Program-made: the position numbers and the translations under genes
The notes under the pieces: model-generated
Databases searched by the model: none
Told to the model about the DNA's origin: nothing
Seen by the model: the letters and a program-made list of their open reading frames with translations, nothing else
In this document: in pieces, positions 18,523 to 26,976 of the stretch
Position numbering within the stretch: the first letter of the stretch is position 1
Layout: every line of letters starts with the position of its first letter
From: a virus
Reading direction: 5' to 3' (one strand)
Virus record (IMG/VR): IMGVR_UViG_3300037755_000828
Coordinates: 30,860 to 94,859 of that record
Length of the DNA stretch: 64,000 nt

Positions 18523-19506
18523 TCACAGTGGCAGGGTTTGGATGCCGTGCCGATGGGCTGGCGTCCAGTCATTACGAGTCAGTCGGTCGAGCGCGTCGAA
18601 CAACTGCGATTTGTAGATCTCACGCCCGCGCTCGCGTTGCTCGGGGGTCAAGGCATACACGCTCACGCCGTGCTTGCCGTCGCTGTCTGGCTCGCTCGTG
18701 ACGGCGATCCACATCCACGACACCGACTCGCCAGTCAGTGCCTCGGTCGCGTCGGCGTAGAGAGCGGCTTGCGGTAGGTAGCCGAACTTGCGTACAGATT
18801 GGGCAAGTAACCCGGGCGAGTCCATCGCCGTCGACTTCAAGTCTACGTCGTAGAGACCGGGTGAAAGGTCAGTCCCAAATGCATCGACGGCGCTGATGCG
18901 CGTCAGCCAATCGACGCGCACCTTGACGAGCAACTCGGTCATCGGCTCACGCCACACGATCGTCTGTTCGGGTAAGCCGATGCTCCCGAGTAGGGCCGAC
19001 GCAACATCGTGCCGACACACAGCATCGCAGATACCGTTGATCCGGGTGAGATCGTCACAGGTCAGCGGGATCGCGTCCGGGTTCCGCCTCGCGGTGATCT
19101 CATACGCAGACTCGGCCCGCTTCCACAGCTCGTACGCGAGGCGCTCGGGAGACCCAGCCGCCGCCCCAGCGCGTGCGTGCGCTGGTTTGGTTGGCTTGGC
19201 CAGCCATGTGCTGGCGAACCGATCTCGCTCAAGAATGGCGGCGTGCAGCACAGTCCCGAAGCGCATGTCGTTGGTGGCCTCGTGTTCGACGGTTTCGCCA
19301 CGCACCCACGCACCTAGTTGCAGCGGTTTGTACGGCAGCAGGCCAAGGGCACTTCGGGTGAGCGCCCTTCGATCTGCGAAGTACTGCCGCTCGGACCAGC
19401 TGACAGCGATCGCTTGCCCAGGTTCGATCGCGTCGAAGTCCTCGGCAGCGTGCTCCTGCAGGAGCACGGCTCCCTTCGTTCGCTGCGGATCGGCTACCCC
19501 GTGCAC
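18523..19506 (-). CDS. RecE-like PD-(D/E)XK exonuclease (DUF3799 type)
   Basis: FGTVLHAAILE, EQTIVW, KVRVD, DLKST, FGYLPQAALY; adjacent to recT. Confidence 0.9.
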   Translation of the reverse strand: MHGVADPQRTKGAVLLQEHAAEDFDAIEPGQAIAVSWSERQYFADRRALTRSALGLLPYKPLQLGAWVRGETVEHEATNDMRFGTVLHAAILERDRFASTWLAKPTKPAHARAGAAAGSPERLAYELWKRAESAYEITARRNPDAIPLTCDDLTRINGICDAVCRHDVASALLGSIGLPEQTIVWREPMTELLVKVRVDWLTRISAVDAFGTDLSPGLYDVDLKSTAMDSPGLLAQSVRKFGYLPQAALYADATEALTGESVSWMWIAVTSEPDSDGKHGVSVYALTPEQRERGREIYKSQLFDALDRLTRNDWTPAHRHGIQTLPL

Positions 19507-19515
19507 GGCCAGAGC

Positions 19516-19540
19516 AACACCCGCGCCAGACGCCTATTCC
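19516..19540 (-). promoter_or_regulatory. ECF-type promoter GGAAT-N17-GTT for recE-recT-alkB
   Basis: 29 nt to GTG 19506. Confidence 0.8.
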
Positions 19541-19676
19541 CGCCGCAGGACGCTGCTGCGCGTTCTCCCACAGCCGTCTGCGCGCCCATCCGATCACAGT
19601 CCTCGCTTGTGCCCATGGCTTCGAGAAGGTCGACGGGATCGTCACCTGCACTTGAGCGCCTCACCGGGCCAAGAAC

Positions 19677-20330
19677 TCAAAACCCCAGCGGCACGTCGTC
19701 GAGCTCGTGATAGCCGCCGACCGAGAGCGGCTGATCATCCATGGGGCTCAGCACGCCGAGGCTGATCGGTGGCCCCTGGTGGCGCTGCGAGACTTCGCAG
19801 AACGCCTTGGTGCATCCCGCCGCCTTGTGCTTGGCGATCTCTTCGGACCAGCGCCGTTCATCGATCGCTACCCGCAAGTCGGGCATGCAGGCGCTCGCGT
19901 GCACGAAGCTCTCGGGCAGCCGCGTCGACTTCCCCGAGCTCGCCGCCGCGGCGGCCTTCCGCCATGCGTACGTCCGGCAGTACTCCGGCCCTCGAGCGTT
20001 GTCCGCCCAGCAGCGGGCGCTCTCGAAGTCATCCGCGCTCGTCAGCGACCAGACCAGCCAGCGCAGCCAGTCCGCCGGCGTCGACCAGCTCACCACCTCG
20101 CCCTCACGCTTCTCGAGCGTTCCCCAGAACGCCTCCTCCTGGAACAGCTGCCGCCTGGCCACCTCGGCCTCGGCGGTCGTCGTCTTCGTCAGCCCCGCCC
20201 ACGCGAGCAGCGGATCCTTCGCGGCCGCGGCGTTGTTCTTGCGCTTCGCCACCGAGGCGCCGCGGCGCAGCGCGATCTCGGCGGGGGTGAGCTTCGGCTT
20301 GGTCTTCTTCGCGCGCCTGGGCTTCGTCAT
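19677..20330 (-). CDS. Hypothetical protein
   Basis: GC3-biased ORF. Confidence 0.65.
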   Translation of the reverse strand: MTKPRRAKKTKPKLTPAEIALRRGASVAKRKNNAAAAKDPLLAWAGLTKTTTAEAEVARRQLFQEEAFWGTLEKREGEVVSWSTPADWLRWLVWSLTSADDFESARCWADNARGPEYCRTYAWRKAAAAASSGKSTRLPESFVHASACMPDLRVAIDERRWSEEIAKHKAAGCTKAFCEVSQRHQGPPISLGVLSPMDDQPLSVGGYHELDDVPLGF

Positions 20331-20370
20331 GATGTCCCGGCTAAGCTGGCCCGCTGCACGCCATAGGTCA

Positions 20371-20718
20371 TCACCGGCTCCCGCTGAGCGCGAGCGCGTC
20401 GAGCTCGGCATCAGCCGCGATGCCCCGCTTCAGCGCATCTCGCAGCGCCGCGACGACGGCCTCGGCCGAGATGCCGAGCAGCTTGGCGACGGTGGACACC
20501 CGACCGCGGAGCCGACGAAGCTGCTCCACGAGGACCCGCTCGAGTTCGAGCACATCCTCCGGCCGCGCGCGCACGCGAAAGCGCAATCCGAACGCGTCGA
20601 CGTAAAGCTGGTAGATCGGGGCACGCTCCATCACGAGCTGCAGGTTGGTCCGGATCGGGAGCTCGCCCGGGTAGATGCTGGTGACCATCATGGGTAAGTG
20701 GGGTCGCTTGATGCTCAT
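20371..20718 (-). CDS. Protein with Fis-type HTH
   Basis: ELERVLVEQLRRLRGRVSTVAKLLGIS. Confidence 0.6.
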   Translation of the reverse strand: MSIKRPHLPMMVTSIYPGELPIRTNLQLVMERAPIYQLYVDAFGLRFRVRARPEDVLELERVLVEQLRRLRGRVSTVAKLLGISAEAVVAALRDALKRGIAADAELDALALSGSR

Positions 20719-20759
20719 GCGATTGCCCGTCGGAATCGCGGCCGACCAATTTCATTCCC

Positions 20760-21026
20760 TCAGCCCTCGATGCAGACCTCCAGATCATCGAAGATTGTGC
20801 AGACTTGGCTGACTCTCTCGCACGGACAGGGTTCGGCGCAGCAGAACTTGGCCTCGCAGTCGGCTTCCTTGAAGAGCTGCTCAGGCAGACACGCCCGACT
20901 TTCGCAGTCCGCCGCCTCTCTGCATGCTGCCATCGTTGGCGGCTCGGGCTCCTCGATGATCGGCTCGTCGTCTCCGAGGCACCCGAACCCAAGCGCGATC
21001 ACCATCACAACTGCTCTCCAGCGCAT
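20760..21026 (-). CDS. Cys-rich lipoprotein
   Basis: Signal MRWRAVVMVIALGFG-C followed by a Cys-rich domain. Confidence 0.7.
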   Translation of the reverse strand: MRWRAVVMVIALGFGCLGDDEPIIEEPEPPTMAACREAADCESRACLPEQLFKEADCEAKFCCAEPCPCERVSQVCTIFDDLEVCIEG

Positions 21027-21114
21027 CGTCACGCAAGCGTAGCAGCGTTCTGCTCGGCCGAGCCCGAGCAGATTTTTCTCCTCTGCGCCGAGGCTGGCGC
21101 CTATCAATTCGGAA

Positions 21115-21138
21115 GCGAGTCAACAGCGAGTCAACAGC
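21115..21138 (+). repeat. Left attP arm: tandem GCGAGTCAACA direct repeats
   Basis: Two 11-bp units; the same units occur at 21351-21376. Confidence 0.85.
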
Positions 21139-21152
21139 CAACACCAGAAACG

Positions 21153-21176
21153 ACAAAACCCCGGCCAGCGGGGTTT
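21153..21176 (-). terminator. Intrinsic terminator after tRNA 3' half
   Basis: 8-bp stem AAACCCCG/CGGGGTTT, T-rich tail on minus strand. Confidence 0.8.
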
Positions 21177-21182
21177 CTGAAG

Positions 21183-21228
21183 AGCGGGAGACGGGATTCG
21201 AACCCGCGACATTCAGCTTGGGAAGCTG
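21183..21228 (-). other. attP core: 3' half of tRNA-Gly(CCC)
   Basis: CAGC-TTCCCAA-GCTG anticodon arm, GCGGG-TTCGAAT-CCCGT T arm, CTCCCGC-T acceptor strand; no D arm or 5' acceptor strand. Confidence 0.92.
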
Positions 21229-21350
21229 TCGCCGGTGCCGGCGCTCGGCGCCGTGGTAGTGATCCTGCACGTGACGCCGCGAACAACACGCTTGATCATC
21301 ACCGCATGCGGTCGGCGGCAGCGCCGGCCCTTCTTGCAACCAAGCCGGAT

Positions 21351-21376
21351 CGAGTCAACAGCGAGTCAACAGCGAG
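21351..21376 (+). repeat. Right attP arm: tandem CGAGTCAACAG direct repeats
   Basis: Same unit as left arm, immediately before integrase ATG. Confidence 0.85.
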
Positions 21377-21386
21377 GTCCTCGCCG

Positions 21387-22748
21387 ATGTCGCTGACCGA
21401 CGCCAAGGTCCGCGCAACCAAGCCGGGCCCCAGGCAGATCGTGCTCACCGACGACCTCGGGCTCGAGCTGCTCGTCACCCCCGCCGGCGCCAAGCTCTGG
21501 CGCTTCCGCTACCGCGGCGGCAAGAAGCAGCGGCGGATCACGATCGGGCGCTACCCCGAGATCGGCCTCGCTGCCGCCCGCGCCGAGGCGGCCCAGCTCC
21601 GCGCGCGCGTGTGGGCGGGCGAGGACCCGGGGCGCCGCGAGCCCGAGCCGGCCCCGACAGCGGCGCCCGAGGCCGTCGAGCCCGAGAGCGTCGACGACGT
21701 CGTGGATCGGTACATCGTCGAGCACGCCGAGCCCGGGCTCGGCTGGAAGCGCAGCACCGCTCGGACCTACCGCTCGGCGCTCGCCACCTTCACGGCGTGG
21801 GCTGGGAGTTCCGGCGTGCTGACGGTCGCCGATGTCACCCCAGCCGCGCTCGCGCGGTTCCGGGCACACGTGGTCTCGATGCCTCGCCGCGCGAAGGCCA
21901 AGGGCGGGAGCCGGCGCGACGTGATCAGCACCGGCGAGCAGCGATCCGCGGCGGCGGTCAACTGCGAGATCAGGGCGGTCAAGACGATGCTGCAGGCGCT
22001 GCGCCGAGCAGGCACGATGCCCGAGCTCACAAGCGACGCGATCACCGACAACCTTGGCCTGCTCCCGCTTGAGCATGCCAGGCCTGATCCACTCCGCCCC
22101 GCGCAGCTCCGCGAGCTCCTGGCCGCGTGCTGGGATCACGACCTCGAGCATGAGCCGATCGGACCGCTGGTCGTGGTCATGTTGCTCGGGGGCCTGCGAC
22201 TTGGCGAAGCGCTGCGGCTCGCCTGGGATGCGGTCGACCTCGACGAGCTCGTGGTCCGCGTGCGGGCTGGCAAGACCAACCGCGAGCGCGACGTCGACCT
22301 CAGCGTGTCGCCGGCCCTGGCTCGCCTGCTTGCCGAGCTGCGCGGCTCGACGCGCTCGGGTCCGGTGTTCGTGCACTCGCAGCAGACCGCCCTCGACGCT
22401 CGCCAACGACTGATCAGCCGCTACGGTGCGCCCGCGTTCCTGTGGTCCACCAGGCACTCTCGACCCGGCGATCGCTCAGCCCCAACGCTGCGCAGCACCT
22501 GCGGCTGTTACCTCACCAACGCCCCATCGATCTTCGGCGCTGCGTCGATCTACCGGAGCGCCGCGCAGCTCGGGCACTCCGCCGAGGTTGCGCAACAGCA
22601 CTACCTCGGCACCCTCCGTCGGATCCCGCGCGACGCGACACGCTCGAGGCCGCGATGCAGATCGTCAGCGAGCTCGAGCCACCGAGCCGAGGTCGTCTTC
22701 GCATCGTCGGCGCGTGAGCTCAGAACAGGTTCTGCTGCCCGAACTTGA
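21387..22748 (+). CDS. int: Tyrosine integrase with P4-type arm-binding N-terminal domain (native end probably 22717)
   Basis: LTDAKVR..KP...GLELLVTPAGAKLWRFRY...IGRYPEIGL; GLRLGE, KT, TLR, LGH, HY. Confidence 0.95.
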   Translation: MSLTDAKVRATKPGPRQIVLTDDLGLELLVTPAGAKLWRFRYRGGKKQRRITIGRYPEIGLAAARAEAAQLRARVWAGEDPGRREPEPAPTAAPEAVEPESVDDVVDRYIVEHAEPGLGWKRSTARTYRSALATFTAWAGSSGVLTVADVTPAALARFRAHVVSMPRRAKAKGGSRRDVISTGEQRSAAAVNCEIRAVKTMLQALRRAGTMPELTSDAITDNLGLLPLEHARPDPLRPAQLRELLAACWDHDLEHEPIGPLVVVMLLGGLRLGEALRLAWDAVDLDELVVRVRAGKTNRERDVDLSVSPALARLLAELRGSTRSGPVFVHSQQTALDARQRLISRYGAPAFLWSTRHSRPGDRSAPTLRSTCGCYLTNAPSIFGAASIYRSAAQLGHSAEVAQQHYLGTLRRIPRDATRSRPRCRSSASSSHRAEVVFASSARELRTGSAART

Positions 22749-23502
22749 GGATCGGCCCGTACAGCGCGACCGAACCGCGGCGCCGGCCTGCGGCCTGCGG
22801 GTCGACTTGGATCTCGTGTGCGATCGCGATCAGCAGGTCGAACTCGTGCAGCCATTCGCCGAACTCCTTCAGCGTCAGCTCGTCCGCGCTGATCACCCGA
22901 GACCCGTCCAGCACCACCGCTCGCCGCCGCCGACCGCGACGACGCGGCCGAACTCGTCGTGCTGCAGATCAAAGCCCGCCCAGGCTGCGACGATGATGCC
23001 GGACGCGCCCCGGCCCGGCCTCGCCGCGCACGAGCTGCATCAGGTCCTTGTCGTTCGAGATCACGACGACCTCGAGCCCGCGCGCGACCGCGGCTTCGAC
23101 GTAGGCGGCGACGAGATCATCGGCCTCGGTGTCCGGCTCGCAGATCACTGGCAGCCCCATCGCGCGGGTCAGCTCCTTCACGAGCGGCCACTGGCTGACG
23201 AGCTCGGGATCCTGTGGCTTGCGGCCCGACTTGTATTCGGGATAGGCGGCGTGTCGCCAGCCGTCGCCGTCGCCGTCGAACACCGGGACGATGTACCGTA
23301 AGCCGTCTTTGTAGAGCCGCCTCAGTACGCGCACCCAGCCGATCACGGCGTTGAGCGGCTGCGGCGGATCACCGCGAAGCGCCATCGTCTGCTCTTGCGG
23401 AACAGCGTGATAGAGGGTGTGACACTTGTTGGTCGCATCGAGAATGCAGATGCGCTCACCGTGCTGCGGGCCTCGGTGAAGCGGTGCAGTCTCGTCGATC
23501 AC
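22720..23502 (-). pseudogene. 5'-3' (flap) exonuclease, Pol I N-terminal type; PIN part intact, C-terminal part frameshifted or degenerate
   Basis: LD, VFD, RHAAYPEYKSGR, EADD, SNDKDLMQL, then stop at 22969; downstream fragments in other frames. Confidence 0.75.
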
Positions 23503-23873
23503 TTGCAGCCCTCGCTGCGCAGCATCGTAGCGGCATGGTCCGCTAGAACGCCGTCCCAGTCTTCGATGATGGGCACCGCTACGTCGAAGATCGATGGATT
23601 GATCACCTGTAGCCGTACGCCAAAACGAAACGCAGCATTAGGGATGTCGTTTGCGATGATGTAGCGCATGAAGCCAACGCACAACCGCTGCCTCGCGGAT
23701 GCCACTCCCTCATTGTGGCACCGATGCACGTGCTGCTCGCCGCGGATGTTCGCTCCGACCGTGGCGTCCAGCGTGTCCGGGTCGAAGTAGCTGCCGGCGC
23801 GGTCGACTCGGAACGGGCACGACTTGCAGGGCCTCTTGCCATGCAGCACCACGGCGTTGGGTTCGATGGTCAT
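23499..23873 (-). CDS. Cys/His-rich protein (DUF6283-like)
   Basis: PCKSCPFR...CH...CVGF. Confidence 0.65.
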   Translation of the reverse strand: MTIEPNAVVLHGKRPCKSCPFRVDRAGSYFDPDTLDATVGANIRGEQHVHRCHNEGVASARQRLCVGFMRYIIANDIPNAAFRFGVRLQVINPSIFDVAVPIIEDWDGVLADHAATMLRSEGCK

Positions 23874-24250
23874 GCATCTCCTCGGGCGGCGGTGTGGGCT
23901 TCGCAGGCTTCGACAACGCGAGCGCACATCGCCACGTCCATCTCGCCCATGTGAGCCTCGGGGATGTCGAGCTCGGTGGCGAGCCACGCGTAGGCTTCGC
24001 GGCGCTTCATGCCGCCTGACTTCCACAGCGGGTCAAAGGCTGCGTGAGCGCGCTCGCGAGCGCGCTTGGTCTCGGCGTTGGCGGGGACCCCGAGCGGCTT
24101 CCCGGTCGCCTTGTGAGCGCCGTGGCTGGCCTCGCAAAGAGGGTATCCAGTGCACCCGTAGAACGGGCCGTAGCGACTCCTCCGTAGCGCCATCGCCCGC
24201 CCGCAGTCAGGGCACGGATGGTCGAGGAGTTTGCCGTAGGAGATGGTCAT
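23870..24250 (-). CDS. Topoisomerase-type C4 zinc finger plus DUF3268-like domain
   Basis: CPDCGRAM.LRRSRYGPFYGCTGYPLC; AHAAFDPLW...AYAWLA. Confidence 0.85.
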   Translation of the reverse strand: MTISYGKLLDHPCPDCGRAMALRRSRYGPFYGCTGYPLCEASHGAHKATGKPLGVPANAETKRARERAHAAFDPLWKSGGMKRREAYAWLATELDIPEAHMGEMDVAMCARVVEACEAHTAARGDA

Positions 24251-24540
24251 AACGGCGCCGCCTCGTGGCTGGTCCAGCCCGAGTTAGTCTTCGAGCGCCC
24301 GGCGGCGAACTCGACCACCTCCGATTCGGTGAATCGCCGGAATCCGATGTCGCGCTCCCACATCCAGAGCCCTGACTCGTTCGGGGCTGTTGCTTTGAGG
24401 GTGTCGATCTCCAGCATCTCGGCGATGCTCACCGGAGGCGTGTCGCTGAACGAATCGTCGTCGATGAAGCTCGGCTCGAGCACGCCCATGGAATCCGGCT
24501 GTGGCCGGTAGAACACCATCTTGTTGGCTGTTCGTTTCAT
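24247..24540 (-). CDS. Hypothetical protein
   Basis: Start 29 nt from ECF -35. Confidence 0.7.
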   Translation of the reverse strand: MKRTANKMVFYRPQPDSMGVLEPSFIDDDSFSDTPPVSIAEMLEIDTLKATAPNESGLWMWERDIGFRRFTESEVVEFAAGRSKTNSGWTSHEAAPL

Positions 24541-24549
24541 TCGTGGCTC

Positions 24550-24574
24550 AACCTGCGCGCCCCCGCGTCATTCC
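24550..24574 (-). promoter_or_regulatory. ECF-type promoter GGAAT-N17-GTT
   Basis: 29 nt to ATG 24540; overlaps upstream GAA TGA stop. Confidence 0.8.
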
Positions 24575-25683
24575 ACGGGCTCGCGCAGCCACGGGATCCC
24601 TTGCTCCTCGAGCCACTCGTCGGGCTCGGTGCCGGGGCGCAGGTCGTATCCGCGGTCATCGACAGGGTCGATCATGAAGGTCAACGTCGGCTCCCCGCGC
24701 TGGTGCTCTCGCGTCCACACGGTCACGCCGTAGGGCTTGTCGTCCATGCCGCCGCTTCGCCCGCGATGCCCGATCGAGCTGGGCACGTTGAAGGCCAGCG
24801 CGCCCGGGTAGTCGAGCCACGTCAACCAGCCCGAGCCCGTTTTCAAGTAGCACTGCTGCGTCGTGTACAGGCACACGACCGGAGCGCACTGCAAGCAAAG
24901 CGCTGGCATCGAATTCTCGGTGTCGTATTCGGCCCGCGCCGGGTACTCGCCGGCTTCGATCATCGCGTTGGTGAGCTGCTTGCGGATCCTCGCCTCCGCC
25001 TTCGTGACGGTCGGCTGCCCTCCTTCTTTCTTGGGTGGCCCCGACGCCTCTGGCCATTCCGGCCGCGTGGCCGCGCGCGCCTGCGAGAACGCAGGATTGC
25101 CGACGATGATGTCGAACTCGACGCGGTCGCCGGACCACACCCACACGCCGAGCTCGTCCTGCACCATGCCGAGGGCCTCGTGCCAGTCGCCGATGATGAC
25201 CCTGTCGGCGTGCCGGACCAGCCACGGGCGCTCGTCGGGCTCGTAGTCCACGGCCGTGATGTGGACCTCGAAGCCCATAATCTCGGCGATCCGCCGAACC
25301 TCGGACGCCCAGACGCCAGCGCCAGCGCAGATGTCGAGCACCCTGATCACGCGGGTCTGGTCGCCAAGCTCGATGATCGGGCCCTGCCAGTTCGCCGCGG
25401 CCTCGCCGATCCTCGTGCTCACGTCGGCTCGCCCGACAGCTGGCCAAATGCTGGGCTCCTTCGACTGGCCAGCGAAACGCTCGAGCAGCGCCGCGCCGCC
25501 CCTGACTTGGACGGACCCCTTGAAGACCCGCTCGAGCAGCGCCCGGCACACGAACCGCGGCGTGAAGTCGGCCTCGCGCTCGCGCAGCCGGGCCACCGCT
25601 GCAGCTGACGCGACCTTCGCCAGAGCCGACGCCTCGGCCTCGCGCTGCTCGAGCTCCGGGAACAAGGTCACAGACACATGCAC
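24568..25683 (-). CDS. Orphan amino-DNA methyltransferase-like protein
   Basis: VLDICAGAGVW SAM motif; IVGNPAF (variant NPPF). Confidence 0.7.
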   Translation of the reverse strand: MHVSVTLFPELEQREAEASALAKVASAAAVARLREREADFTPRFVCRALLERVFKGSVQVRGGAALLERFAGQSKEPSIWPAVGRADVSTRIGEAAANWQGPIIELGDQTRVIRVLDICAGAGVWASEVRRIAEIMGFEVHITAVDYEPDERPWLVRHADRVIIGDWHEALGMVQDELGVWVWSGDRVEFDIIVGNPAFSQARAATRPEWPEASGPPKKEGGQPTVTKAEARIRKQLTNAMIEAGEYPARAEYDTENSMPALCLQCAPVVCLYTTQQCYLKTGSGWLTWLDYPGALAFNVPSSIGHRGRSGGMDDKPYGVTVWTREHQRGEPTLTFMIDPVDDRGYDLRPGTEPDEWLEEQGIPWLREPVE

Positions 25684-25859
25684 TCCCGCTCGCGCCAGTG
25701 CGTGGGCGTGTAGAACACGTGCACGTCGGTGCCGTCGATGAACCAGAGGCGCCCGCTCCGACGCAGGCTCTGCACGTTGCGGACGCCGTCGTCATCATCG
25801 ATCTTGGTCTCGACGAGAACATCCTCGGGTGCCGTCTCGATCGGTCGCCAGGGCTTCAT
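25668..25859 (-). CDS. DUF551-like small phage protein
   Basis: WRPIETAP...PTHWR. Confidence 0.7.
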   Translation of the reverse strand: MKPWRPIETAPEDVLVETKIDDDDGVRNVQSLRRSGRLWFIDGTDVHVFYTPTHWRERECMCL

Positions 25860-26098
25860 GGCTTGTTCGGCTCCTTGGTTCCGTTCGTGTTGAGCACGCC
25901 GATGCCGCTACCGCCGAGCACAAGGTCGGGCTCGGGCTCGCCGTCGTCTTCGTCCATGCCAGATCGGGCAGGCACGTTTCCGCAACATCCATTGGCCATG
26001 CAGCTGTCGCAGAGGTTCTTACTGCAGACGGCGCAGTAGTCGTGCAGGTCGTAGCCTTGCGTTTTGGCGTGGCATTGTTCGCACTTCATGTTGACCAC
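25856..26098 (-). CDS. Small Cys-rich zinc-binding protein
   Basis: Three CxxC motifs. Confidence 0.65.
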   Translation of the reverse strand: MVNMKCEQCHAKTQGYDLHDYCAVCSKNLCDSCMANGCCGNVPARSGMDEDDGEPEPDLVLGGSGIGVLNTNGTKEPNKP

Positions 26099-26322
26099 CG
26101 GGCCCCCTTCGCGCGCAGTTTGGCGAGGCGCTGGGCTTCACGCTCGGCGTCGCGTTGACGCAGGTTCTCGAGGAACCCGCGCGCGGCCACGGCCTCCGCT
26201 GGGGTCGGACGCGTGCACAGCTTGGGATCGGTGGGCGCTTCGTCGAGGTCGGACGCGTAGAGGCGCTCGTCGTAGCCGTCGAGCCCGTCACGATCCGAGT
26301 CTCCGTCGTAATCGTCGATCAC
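26086..26322 (-). CDS. Hypothetical protein
   Basis: Coupled ORF. Confidence 0.6.
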   Translation of the reverse strand: MIDDYDGDSDRDGLDGYDERLYASDLDEAPTDPKLCTRPTPAEAVAARGFLENLRQRDAEREAQRLAKLRAKGARWST

Positions 26323-26432
26323 CGGCCATCTCCGGGAGGAAGAAGCCCGCTCTCGGTGAACGACAGCGAGCGTGAGGCGAGCTCGCGCAGCAGCTGCAGG
26401 TGTTTGGCTTGGACGGTTACCTGGTCTTGCAC
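26319..26432 (-). CDS. 37-aa ORF absent from the ORF track
   Basis: GTG 30 nt from ECF -35; GTGA overlap with next gene. Confidence 0.6.
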   Translation of the reverse strand: MQDQVTVQAKHLQLLRELASRSLSFTESGLLPPGDGR

Positions 26433-26441
26433 GCGCGGCGA

Positions 26442-26467
26442 GACCAAAGGGCCGCGCTCGCTATTCC
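26442..26467 (-). promoter_or_regulatory. ECF-type promoter GGAAT-N18-GTC
   Basis: 30 nt to GTG 26432. Confidence 0.8.
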
Positions 26468-26496
26468 TTATGCACAGTTCCCAACGGCCAGAGCGG

Positions 26497-26841
26497 TCAG
26501 TCGACCCACAGCGACAGGCCCCTCATGTAGTCCGCCAGCTGCCCGATCTTCAGTGTGTTCATGTTCGGCGACTCCAATCGGGCGAGCCCGTCGAGGATGT
26601 CGACGACCAGCTTGAGCTGTCGACCGGTCGGCGTGGCGACTGGGATTTCTCCGCGCGCCTCAAGCTGGCGCTCGAGCACGCGGATCCTCAGCTGCATCGC
26701 CGCGACAAGGCGGCGCAGATCCTGGAGGGCGACCTCGGGGTCGTGCTCCTCGGACCGGTAGGGAGTCCCGCGCCCCAGCTCGCGAGGAGGGCGAGGGCGC
26801 AAGGCGGCAATGAGTTGGGAGATCAACCCCATGTCAGCCAC
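26497..26841 (-). CDS. Hypothetical coiled-coil protein
   Basis: GC3-biased ORF. Confidence 0.6.
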   Translation of the reverse strand: MADMGLISQLIAALRPRPPRELGRGTPYRSEEHDPEVALQDLRRLVAAMQLRIRVLERQLEARGEIPVATPTGRQLKLVVDILDGLARLESPNMNTLKIGQLADYMRGLSLWVD

Positions 26842-26976
26842 ACAAGAAAGCGAGAGGGGCTGGTGAGGTAGGGCGTTGCGGTGATGCTCATGACTGGCTC
26901 GTTCTGCGGGATTTGCTCCGCCCTCGTGCGCTGACCGGGGTCGACACGCGAGGGCGAGGCCAAAGCCTCGCGATGA

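Noticed and set aside
21183-21260. Intact tRNA gene
   Set aside because: No D arm or 5' acceptor strand and no CCA; it is an att core
20805-21386. N-terminal extension of the integrase in the ORF track
   Set aside because: Runs through attP; homology begins at ATG 21387
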